The notes under the pieces were generated by a model. The model saw only the letters and a list, made by a program, of their open reading frames with translations. It was not told the origin of the DNA and made no database searches. This document shows positions 52,427-64,000 of a stretch of 64,000 nt of DNA, piece by piece (the stretch's first letter is position 1; every line of letters begins with the position of its first letter). The position numbers and the translations under genes were made by a program. This DNA is from the human T2T-CHM13v2.0 reference genome, Homo sapiens, in NCBI RefSeq assembly GCF_009914755.1, contig NC_060925.1. One strand, given 5' to 3'.

Positions 52427-52638
52427 GTGCAGAGTGGAAGAATTAACTAAATATTCATTACAGCTAAGTTTCCATGTAAAGAGGAAAAAAATGAAGAGTC
52501 GGCATGACTTTCAAAACTTTTATTTTTTTGGCAGTGTAAACCTTTCCTTCCACTCAAAGCTGCATTTTTATAAAACAAGCAAAACAAAACAAAACACCGT
52601 TCTTATTCCAAGAAAATCTAACTTGAGCCCCAAAATAA

Positions 52639-53435
52639 TTTTTTTATTTTTCTTTTTTATTTTATTTTATATTTTATTTTATTATTTTATTTTTATTTTA
52701 TTTTATATTTTATTTATTTTTTTGAGACAGAGACTCACTCTGTTGCCCAGGCTGGAGTGCAGTCAGTGGCACCATCTCGGCTCACTGCAACCTCCACCTC
52801 CTGGGTTCACGCAATTCTTGTTCCTTAGCCTCCTGAGTAGCTGAGATAACAGGCGCCCGATACCACGCCCGGCTAGGTTTTTTTTTGTATTTTTAGTAGA
52901 GATGGAGTTTCATCATGTTGCCCAGGCTGGTCTCAAACTCCTAAGATCAGGCAGTGTGCCTTCCTTGGCCTTCCAAAGTGCTAGGATTACAGTTGTAAGC
53001 CACTGCACCTGGCCCACATTGACATCTTTTTGGGGGCCACTAGTCAACCCAGTGTTCGTTATTCAATACTGCCCGACATTGAAATTTGTGTATGATGAGG
53101 GTAAGGAACTACATTTGGGTTTGTTTGTTTGTGTTTTGGGTTTTTTTTTTTTTCAGACAGGATCTCACCACATCACCCAGGATGGAGTGCAGTAGTACGA
53201 TTGTGGCTGACGGCAGCCCTGACCTCCCAGGCTCAGGTGATCCTCCTGCCTTAGCCTCCCAAGTAGCTGGGACTACAGGCATGCACCACCATGCCCAGCT
53301 AATTTTTTTGTATTTTTGGTAAAGATGAGATGGGGTTTCACCATGATGCCCAGGCTGGTATTGATCTCTTGGGCCCAAGCCTGCCTTGGCCTCCCAAAGT
53401 GCTGGGATTAAAGGCCTGAGCCACCATGCCTGGCC
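52639..53435 (-). mobile_element. Two antisense Alus (52639-53014 with (TTTTA)n tail; 53120-53435)
   Basis: Alu dimers. Confidence 0.88.
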
Positions 53436-53454
53436 TGCATTCATTTTCAATTAC

Positions 53455-54150
53455 GCATATCAAATGATCACAAAATTTATTGGCTTAAAATAGCAAGCAT
53501 TTATGGCCTTTATCAAAGCTGCAGCTGCTTCCATGTAGCTGCTGTGGTCAAAAAGAAGCCAAGAGTGACAGTTTTCCTTGATGGTCATAGTTCTGTTTGC
53601 TGTAACTGATCTGCAAGATTTTGGGAAAATATCATTCCATTGGGAGGAAAAATGACAAGCATTTGTTGCCTTAGTTGCTGTGAATCCAGAATCTGGTCAT
53701 GGCTTAGGTGGGCCCTCTGCTCAGGGTCTCTTACAAAGCTGCAGTTGGAGTGTTGGCCAGAAGTTGAGTCTCATATAAAGTGTCAGATGGGGAAGGATCT
53801 GCTTCTAAGTTCACATGTATGTTGGCAGAATTCAGTTTGTCAAGTTATGTTGGACTGAGAGCCTCAGTTCCTGGCTGGCTGTTGGCCAGAGCCCACCCTC
53901 AGATCCTTGTCACCCAGGCTTCTCCAGCATGGCACCTTACTTCATCAAAGCCAAGACAGCGAGTCTACTAGTAAGACAGAAGTCACAATCTTTTGTATCT
54001 TACTCATGAAGTGACATTCTTTCACTTTTGCCACAGTCTGTTCGTTAGAAGCAAGTCACTAGGACAGCTCACACTTAAGGAGAGGGGATTACACAAGGGT
54101 GTGAGGACAGTTAACAAGCTCATGAGATCATCATAGAAGTCTGCCAACCA
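53455..54150 (-). mobile_element. MLT1-type MaLR LTR hosting the snoRNA insertion
   Basis: caaatgatcacaaaatttattggcttaaaa...[snoRNA]...ggcttaggtgggccctctgctcagggtctc...agaagcaagtcac...gagaggggattacacaagggtgtga. Confidence 0.7.
53503..53636 (+). ncRNA. SNORA16B: H/ACA snoRNA SNORA16B (retroposed ACA16/SNORA16A copy) in intron 8
   Basis: TGGCCTTTATCAAAGCTGCAGCTGCTTCC...GTGGTCAAAAAGAAGCCAAGAGTGACAGTTTTCCTTGA...GATCTGCAAGATTTTGGGAAAAT matches ACA16 as recalled. Two hairpins (GCAGCTGC/GTAGCTGC; TTTTCCT/GGGAAAA), 134 nt, flanked by direct repeat CAAGCATTT. Confidence 0.88.
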
Positions 54151-54587
54151 AAGGAGCCTGCTACATTTTTCCTTTCTAAATAGTGAGCTACCTGTCCCAG
54201 TACCACCACTGTTTCCCATGGAACTGAAAGGCCACCTTTGTCATATATTAAAATCCATATATACATGAGTATATCTAGATACTCATATATATCTTTTCTC
54301 TCCATTTCTTTGCCAATATAATCTTGTTTTAGTTGCTGATATCCATAATACAGGTTCTGTTCCATTAACTCCCCCCACCAAAAAAACAATTCTTATTTGC
54401 TTATATTTATGGATTTTAGAATAAATGTTTCTAGTTCCAAAAAATAATTCAATTGGCATTTGATTGAAATTATATTAAATTTACTTATAAATTAAGTACA
54501 GGAAAAATATCTCTGCACAATATTGAACCACCTCACTTATTTACAGTCATGTGCTGCATAATGACATTTCGTTTAATAACAGGCTAC

Positions 54588-54913
<326 letters not shown>

Positions 54914-54919
54914 TCAGTC

Positions 54920-55395
<476 letters not shown>

Positions 55396-56505
55396 AAGAG
55401 AGAGAAATGTTGAGAGAGAGAGAGAGAGAGAGAAATGTGATTCCAAGAGAAAGAAAAATGGTGATCCCATAAGATTATAATGCTATATTTTTACTGTACC
55501 TTTCGTGTTTAGATACACAAATACTATTGTTACAACTGCCTACAGTGCCTACGGTATTCAGTACAAGAACATCCTGTACAGGTTTGTAGCCTAGGAGCAA
55601 AAGGCTACACCATACAGCCTAGGTGTGTAGTAGGCCATACCATCTAGGTTTAAGTACACCCTGTGACATTTAAATGATGAAGTTGCCTAATGACACATTT
55701 CTTAGAACGTATCCCCATCATTAAATGACATATAACTGTATTTGTAGTCTTCTATGATCTTCAGTAAAGTTTTATGCTTTTCTCCATATGTCTTAAGTAT
55801 TTCTTGCAAATTTATTCTTTATGCACATTATAGTTGTTGTTGTGAAAAGTACCTTTTTATTATTCATCTGATTTTTACTGATGTTTTATAAAGGTATTGA
55901 TTTTTATATATATATTTTTTAATGTGGCCACATACTGAATTTTCCTACTCACTCTAGTAACTTGCAGGGTTTTTTTTTAAGTTTTAAGGGATATATAAAT
56001 ATACAGTTACACAAATAAGTGTAATTCTGGTATTCCTTTCCAACATTATTCATCACATTGTTATCTTACTGGATTGTCTCCAAAACAGTATCCTTCCCAA
56101 TTTTAATTTGAATTAGTGTTCCACATTACTGGACCAGACAGACTATAAAGTAACCTAAAAAGCTGTCAAAGATCTATTTCCACAAAACCACCAGGCCTAG
56201 ATGGTTTTACAGCCTGTCTCTAATAAATCATTATGTAGAATGATTGCTGGTGGTTTCTGATAAATTCTTTTAGTTCTAGCTTACTAAATTTTTTTATCAG
56301 AATATATAGTCAATTAAAAATGTCAAATGACTTGAAAATCTTTTAAAATGATCTGGGTTTTTTTTTTTTATTTCCCCTTTTAACCTATGAATGGAACCAT
56401 CCTGGCATTTCTGGAATAAGTTACAATTAGGCATATAGCATTCTTCTATTGTGATTCAGTTTAATGCAAGTGTTTTCAACTTTGTTTATTTAAATAAATA
56501 GTCTC

Positions 56506-56770
56506 CACTTTGGGAGGCCGAGGCTGGTGGATCACAAGGTCAGGAGCTTAAGACCAGCCTGGCCAAGATGGTGAAACCTGTCTCTACTAAAAATACAAAA
56601 ATTAGCTGGGTGTGGTGGTGGGCGCCTATAATCCCAGCTACTCGAGAGGCTGAGGCAGAGAATTGCTTGAACTTGGGAGGCCGAGGTTGCAGTGAGTCAA
56701 GATCACACCACTGCACTCCAACCTGGGCGACAAAGTGAGACTCCATCTCAAAATAAATAAATAAATAAAA
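56506..56770 (+). mobile_element. 5'-truncated AluS
   Basis: TSD AAATAGTCTC. Confidence 0.9.
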
Positions 56771-56984
56771 ATAGTCTCTTTTGTTTCATTGTATTCTGGT
56801 TATAAAGATTGTGCTAGCCATGAAATAGACTGAGAAGCTGTCCAGGGTTTTTTTTTGTGTTTCATAATGGTTTAAATAACAGGAATCATCTGTTCCTTAA
56901 GGTTTCTCCCTAAAATAACCTCCCTCTCTCACCCCACCAACTTATATTTTCCTTTATTTTCTTAGAAGTAGCACATACTATTAA

Positions 56985-57157
56985 ATTGTTTTATTTATGT
57001 GTTTAATTGATCACTTGCATTGGTCTTCCTCCATTAGAACGTAAGCTCTGTGAAAACCAGAGACCTCATCTGTCTTGTACATCAGTGTGTCCCTAGCATC
57101 TAGAACAGTATCTGGTACATAATAGGCACCCAGTAAATGTTAGTTGAATTAATAAAA
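56985..57157 (+). mobile_element. L2 3' end
   Basis: tagaacgtaagctctgtga...tctagaacagtatctggtacataataggcacccagtaaatgttagttgaat. Confidence 0.7.
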
Positions 57158-57311
57158 TTCTAAAGCTGAGCAGAAAGTCTATTTATACACATATATTAAG
57201 CAATATTGATTTACTTCAGAATGAGTGTTGATATAATCACAGCTATGGAAAATACGCTGGGATTAACTAGCTTTGTTATTAAATTCATGCTAAACTTTTT
57301 CTTTTTCGCAG

Positions 57312-57362
57312 GTGATCAGAGGACTGCTGAAATTTTGGCCAAAAACCTGCAGTCAGAAAGAG
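57312..57362 (+). CDS. PPP2R5A: PPP2R5A exon 9 (51 nt) VIRGLLKFWPKTCSQKE
   Basis: ctttttcgcag|GTG...GAG|gtgggt. Confidence 0.96.
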
Positions 57363-57635
57363 GTGGGTTTTGTTCACTAAATGTAGTGCATTTTACTAGA
57401 ACTTGTCAATCCCAGGGCTATAAACCATGCTTCTTTGGGCTGGCTGTATTGCTGTTGCTAAAGAGCGGGAGATGTACACAGACTTGGTAGAAGACCTGTG
57501 CTATAGTAAACTCTGCCATCCAGACATTTTTTTGCCTATTGTATACTATGCAGATTAACCTTCTCATTTGTATGGTTTCTATATTAGTTTCACATAATTT
57601 ATCATGTTTCTTAAAATAAAATTTTTTTAACCTAG

Positions 57636-57755
57636 GTGATGTTTTTAGGAGAAATTGAAGAAATCTTAGATGTCATTGAACCAACACAGTTCAAAAAAAT
57701 TGAAGAGCCACTTTTCAAGCAGATATCCAAGTGTGTATCCAGTTCTCATTTTCAG
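57636..57755 (+). CDS. PPP2R5A: PPP2R5A exon 10 (120 nt) [40 protein letters not shown]
   Basis: aacctag|GTG...CAG|gtatga. Confidence 0.97.
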
Positions 57756-57842
57756 GTATGATGTTTTCAGTGAAGCCTTTACTTTACACTAGTATTTCTT
57801 TCCTATTTTAGTTTTGACATTTCTCTAAATGTCTTTTTTTAG

Positions 57843-57970
57843 GTTGCAGAAAGGGCATTGTACTTCTGGAATAACGAATATATTCTTAGTTTGATTGAGG
57901 AGAACATTGATAAAATTCTGCCAATTATGTTTGCCAGTTTGTACAAAATTTCCAAAGAACACTGGAATCC
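57843..57970 (+). CDS. PPP2R5A: PPP2R5A exon 11 (128 nt) [43 protein letters not shown]
   Basis: cttttttttag|GTT...AATCC|gtaagt; preceded by an 87-nt intron. Confidence 0.97.
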
Positions 57971-58185
57971 GTAAGTATCTTTTATATAGGTCGTATTTTT
58001 TTCTTTTTTTTTTTTTATATCTTTTTGTTATTGATTTCCTAACTCATACTTGAAACCTATTACAGATTTGGAAGTTACTCCAAGGTTAACATCAGTTGTA
58101 TTCTATTCTGTATTTTATATACGTATACCTTTATCAAGTTATAAATGTGTGTGTTTGTTCAGTATGTGGTCTTAATGTCAATTTA

Positions 58186-58786
<601 letters not shown>

Positions 58787-59184
58787 CTTCATGTCAATTT
58801 AAAATTGCAAATCTCCCTGGAGGTTGTGGTCAAACCCTCTTGGGGAGACCAACTGAACATTTGCAGAGGATACACAAACTACTCCGTTAATGCAGAGTTG
58901 TGTTGGTCTACTCTCAGTGTATAGTCTCCCCTCTATAAATGGCACTGTCCCAGGGGAAAGCCGAAGTGCTAAGGGTAATATATTCTAACTTCTTTAACAT
59001 CCTTATCCGGCTTTCTACTTTTCATAAGTTTTGGTAATTGGATCTTTTTCATCTTCTTTTAATGTTGTTACTCAGGATTTCAGACATGAGACTGTAAAGC
59101 AGAAATGAAGATAACTATAGTGAACATTTTTAACTAGAGTTTAATGTAAGCATGATAAAATGGAAAAGATTTAAGTTTTCTTAG

Positions 59185-59275
59185 ACTGTCTCTACCACCA
59201 CTTGCTGTATGACCTTGAGCATATTACAAACCTCTTGAGCCTCAGTTTTATCATCTCTAAAATGGATTAAATGAA
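59185..59275. mobile_element. MIR core fragment
   Basis: accacttgctgtatgaccttgagca...acctcttgagcctcagttttatcatctctaaaatgg. Confidence 0.7.
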
Positions 59276-59370
59276 ATCAGCCAAGCTTTAACCCATTTTA
59301 GAGACCATAGTGTTACATTTCCTCTCTGTTAGCAGTATCATAACTCAGGACTGGCTCATTTTCATTTCAG

Positions 59371-59472
59371 GACCATTGTAGCACTGGTATACAATGTGCT
59401 GAAAACCCTAATGGAAATGAATGGCAAGCTTTTCGATGACCTTACTAGCTCATACAAAGCTGAAAGACAGAG
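59371..59472 (+). CDS. PPP2R5A: PPP2R5A exon 12 (102 nt) [34 protein letters not shown]
   Basis: catttcag|GACC...CAGAG|gtattt. Confidence 0.97.
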
Positions 59473-61322
59473 GTATTTGATATTTTGAATTACAAAATTA
59501 TCTATACATTTTATGTTAGTTGAATGTGATTCAGTTCAGGAAGGTATCTTCTCTCAGTTCAGATTTTCATATTTAAGAAGTTAATTACCTTATAGTAAAC
59601 ATTACAATGTGAAAGTCTCTTAACATATAAGTCATTTCCAGATAAACTAGCCCCAGTATTTTTATAAATTTGTTAAAGCAGAAAAAGCAGTAGCATTTAT
59701 TTTTGAGGGTAGTTACATAATTTACTTCCTCTAAATGGTTAGATTATGATTTTAATGTGGATCATAAATCCTGTTTATCTCATTCTGAGCCTTAGATTTC
59801 CTCAGTCTGTTAGCATCTGCATATGAAATATAATTTATGCTGAATTTTAAATATCAATTTGTACAATTTGATTTTTTATCCATGCATTTACGAAAATCCT
59901 TTTTGTCCACGTGGGCTTCCAGAGTGAGCTTTACTTTTCAAGTGTTCTTTGTTAGCAGTAGGTAATTCTTACGCTGTGGATTATCAGAAGGTGGTATTTT
60001 AAAGTCAGCATAGTTCTCCTTTGGGAAGAGGGAAGTCACATAATGATATGGCTTAGGGTACTATTAATATGTTGTCCTTGCAATAATATGTATTTTAGAG
60101 TATAAATGTTAGCACGTATCAGCCTTTAGGAACATGGCCTAGTGATTACCTCTTTTTGAGAATTTCATAAATTACTATAAAATAATCTTTCAAGAGTTAC
60201 TTTCTTCTCATATGTTTATTTCAAACTCAAGAAGCACTTTCTTAAACTTAAGTGGTTAGTAACCAGTGTACCTGAGCCCACCCATTATTTGAGGATAACA
60301 GTTACCATTTACTTCTAATAAGCATATTACCTGTTCTGTTTAGAAAAGCTATCTATTTTGACAAGTTCCTAGTTATGGTTATCTTAAAGTAGAAAATGGA
60401 TAGCCTTTCTTCAAAGCCATCCAGCCCATTAATAACTAACTCAATGCATTATTTCCTTTAAATAGCAGCATTCAGGCAGGAATAGAAATTAAGTACATGT
60501 TTTGAGCCTCAGGAAGCAATGGGAAGAAAATAAGATGACTAGGATCATAGGAAACTTGTATTTGAAAAATATGTATTTCACATGACTAAGAATATACTCA
60601 TCATTTCTTACCTGCATAAATCAGCAAATCCTTTAAAAGGATTTGTCCTTTTAACTCATAACTGCAGAATTATAAGCCTATGTTTTACATGTTCATGGAG
60701 CCTTTCAGAATAGACAGGTTCAAGTTACTCAGAAATGTTTTCCTTAGAACTGAAATTAATTAGTTGAAACGACATATGAAATATTTTGACCTTCATTTTG
60801 TTCTAGAGAAAGATTACTGAAACTAAAGTTTTCATTTGACATGTAAAAGAGGAGCTAGTAAGATACAAACTGGTTAGTGGCTAGAGATGTGGCTGTTAGT
60901 GGCAAAAATGATGTGGCTTCTGTCTGGTGTGGTGAAGGAAGTGCTTCCTACTGACCTAGTGGCCAGCCCCTTCAGCCTTTGTAATACTGATTAGACTACT
61001 ACAACTGCAAGATGTTTACGTGAGAAAATTGACGTGTAAGTACTTTGTTGACTATAAAGTACAGTGTCATGGTAGTGATAATGTGTAGGGGACAGAAAGC
61101 AAGTAGTAACGTCTAGCTGGTACAGGAGATGCACAGACTCAGTACATTTAGGAGAGTGACAAGAAGAAATTAGGTGCTCCAGGTAAGTGGACTCCAAAGC
61201 TTTAGCAGAGGGATTTAAGTGAAATGTGGGTAAGTAATGTGTTCTCCAGTAAGCTGTCAAACAGCACCTCTCTTTGGGTTCTGAAATAATTTCTGATTAC
61301 AAAAATTTTGGTTTATCTACAG

Positions 61323-61455
61323 AGAGAAAAAGAAGGAATTGGAACGTGAAGAATTATGGAAAAAATTAGAGGAGCTAAAGCTAAAGAAAGCTCTAGAAAA
61401 ACAGAATAGTGCTTACAACATGCACAGTATTCTCAGCAATACAAGTGCCGAATAA
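61323..61455 (+). CDS. PPP2R5A: PPP2R5A last exon, coding part (133 nt) EKKKELEREELWKKLEELKLKKALEKQNSAYNMHSILSNTSAE*
   Basis: tatctacag|AGAG...GAA TAA; contains leucine-rich NES-like LWKKLEELKL. Confidence 0.96.
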
Positions 61456-62545
61456 AAAAAAAGCCTCCCACCTCTGCCGGATAGGCAGAGTTTTGTATGC
61501 TTTTTTGAAATATGTAAAAATTACAAAACAAACCTCATCAGTATAATATAATTAAAAGGCCAATTTTTTCTGGCAACTGTAAATGGAAAAATATATGGAC
61601 TAAACGTAGCCCTGTGCTGTATCATGGCCATAGTATATTGTAACCTTTGTCTAATCATTGGATTTATTGTGTCACTTCTGAAGTTTCACAGAAATGAATG
61701 AATTTTATCATCTATGATAAGAGTGAGATAATTATGGGAGTGGTAAGAATTATGACTTGAATTCTTCTTTGATTGTGTTGCACATAGATATGGTAGTCTG
61801 CTCTGTATATTTTTCCCTTTTATAATGTGCTTTTCACACTGCTGCAAACCTTAGTTACATCCTAGGAAAAAATACTTCCTAAAATAAAACTAAGGTATCA
61901 TCCTTACCCTTCTCTTTGTCTCACCCAGAAATATGATGGGGGGAATTACCTGCCCTAACCCCTCCCTCAATAAATACATTACTGTACTCTGGAATTTAGG
62001 CAAAACCTTAAATCTCCAGGCTTTTTAAAGCACAAAATATAAATAAAAGCTGGGAAAGTAAACCAAAATTCTTCAGATTGTTCCTCATGAATATCCCCCT
62101 TCCTCTGCAATTCTCCAGAGTGGTAACAGATGGGTAGAGGCAGCTCAGGTGAATTACCCAGCTTGCCTCTCAATTCATTCCTCCTCTTCCTCTCAAAGGC
62201 TGAAGGCAGGGCCTTTCCAGTCCTCACAACCTGTCCTTCACCTAGTCCCTCCTGACCCAGGGATGGAGGCTTTGAGTCCCACAGTGTGGTGATACAGAGC
62301 ACTAGTTGTCACTGCCTGGCTTTATTTAAAGGAACTGCAGTAGGCTTCCTCTGTAGAGCTCTGAAAAGGTTGACTATATAGAGGTCTTGTATGTTTTTAC
62401 TTGGTCAAGTATTTCTCACATCTTTTGTTATCAGAGTACCATTCCAATCTCTTAACTTGCAGTTGTGTGGAAAACTGTTTTGTAATGAAAGATCTTCATT
62501 GGGGGATTGAGCAGCATTTAATAAAGTCTATGTTTGTATTTTGCC
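61456..62545 (+). other. PPP2R5A: PPP2R5A 3' UTR
   Basis: Repeat-free AU-rich sequence after the stop, with several AATAAA; the distal one is followed by a GT/T-rich tract. Confidence 0.8.
62520..62525 (+). terminator. Distal polyadenylation signal AATAAA
   Basis: AATAAA followed by gtctatgtttgtattttg...tctttgcttctttt; further hexamers at 61882, 61969 and 62042. Confidence 0.7.
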
Positions 62546-62907
62546 TTATGTCATCTTTGCTTCTTTTAGCTCTAAGCTTAGGCATACAGGAGAAGTCTGC
62601 CCCCCTTTTTACATACATATGTGTATTTATAGAAACTTTTAAGACAAATTGTGGGACGAAGTCTAATTTAAAAATAGGAAGATTGTGTGCCAAGGTTGAG
62701 TGTTCTAGCCCTTTACCAAAATATGTTTTACAGAATATTTGCATAAAATTCTAAGTTCTAGGATATCTTTCCATCATCTTTCATATCCTTGTATGTTAAG
62801 AGGATGGGTTTAATTTACTTTGAAGCTAATTTTTCATAATCCATAATAAATAGCACTTCTAGTGAAGAGCAGGGAGCCTGTGGCACAGTTAGAAATCAGG
62901 TATTATT

Positions 62908-63175
62908 GGCTGGGTGCGGTGGCTCGCGCCTGTAATCCCAGCATTTTGGGAGGCCGAGGCGGGCCGATCACCTGAGGTCAGGAGTTCAAGACCAGCCTGG
63001 CCAACATGGTGAAACTCTGTCTCTACTAAAAATATAAAAACTAGCCATGCGTGCTGGTGGGCGTCTACAATCCCAGCTACTCGGGAGGCTGAGGCAAGAG
63101 AATCGCTTGAGCCCGCAATGACCCAAGATGCACTCCAGCCTGGGCGACAGAACAAGATTCTGTCTCAAAAAAAGA
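62908..63175 (+). mobile_element. AluS with right-arm deletions, downstream of the gene
   Basis: Flanking agaaatcag(gt/ac)attatt repeat. Confidence 0.9.
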
Positions 63176-63703
63176 GAAAGAAATCAGACATTATTGTAAT
63201 AAAGTGTTATCTGCTACTGATGTTTACTTCTGCTTTAATATTAAAAACTCTAGCACAGGGGATGCACACTACTCCCAGGTCATCATGAAAGCAGTGTACC
63301 AAAAGGAAGAGCACTAAAATTCTTTTACAACAATAGCTCATGCTTTGTTTTTCTCAAGTAGTAGGTATTGCAGAGTCATCTTGTCATGGCCATCAGGTTA
63401 AGGTGTTCCTTCTAGATTCTCTACACTCACCCAGGGTCAGCTAGTATTGCTGACAGCTGGGGGACAGCGCAGTTAAAAATGATGATCCTACACAAAACAG
63501 AAGGAAAAGGCAAGCGCCTGCCTTTCCAGAAAGTGAAGGTTATGTCTAAATGTCTATTCTGTAGAAGGTTTAGGTATATTTCTTTTACTGAAGAGCAACC
63601 AGAGTAGATTTTGACAGGTTACAGCTAATAAAGGTTTTTCTCTCTGAAAAGGTAAAATCGTTCACTTCCTAATTATGTGCTTACATGAAAGCAGATTTAA
63701 TAG

Positions 63704-64000
<297 letters not shown>

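Noticed and set aside
60991-62754. ORFs of 82-117 aa in the last intron and 3' UTR on either strand
   Set aside because: Mostly non-ATG starts in the track, no recognisable homology, and lengths compatible with chance.

Overview
Primate (almost certainly human or great-ape, since it holds a full-length SVA) genomic DNA covering most of PPP2R5A, the PP2A B56-alpha regulatory subunit, on the + strand. Twelve coding exons (29819-61455, 1280 nt) splice into one open frame, followed by a ~1.1 kb 3' UTR. The canonical CpG-island exon 1 is not in the window. A short alternative first coding exon (ATGATAATGA|gtatgt, 2755-2764) splices in frame to give a 429-aa isoform beginning MIMN. The introns hold an antisense RPL23A processed pseudogene, an antisense full-length SVA with a 15-bp TSD, a retroposed H/ACA snoRNA (SNORA16B-like) inside a MaLR LTR, an LTR10-family solo LTR, Tigger/MER2/MER30/MADE1 DNA transposons, old L1/L2/MIR fragments and about 50 Alus. 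Almost all ORFs in the supplied track are Alu/SVA/L1 artefacts. Best leads for something undescribed: (i) a non-repeat intron-1 segment at 20090-20258 that could be either an in-frame 12-nt microexon or an in-frame terminal exon with AATAAA; (ii) a Lys/Arg-rich uORF whose stop overlaps the alternative start codon; (iii) an old inverted L1 duplication split by the LTR. Repeat boundaries are approximate. Family and gene names are recognised from memory, not from a database search.
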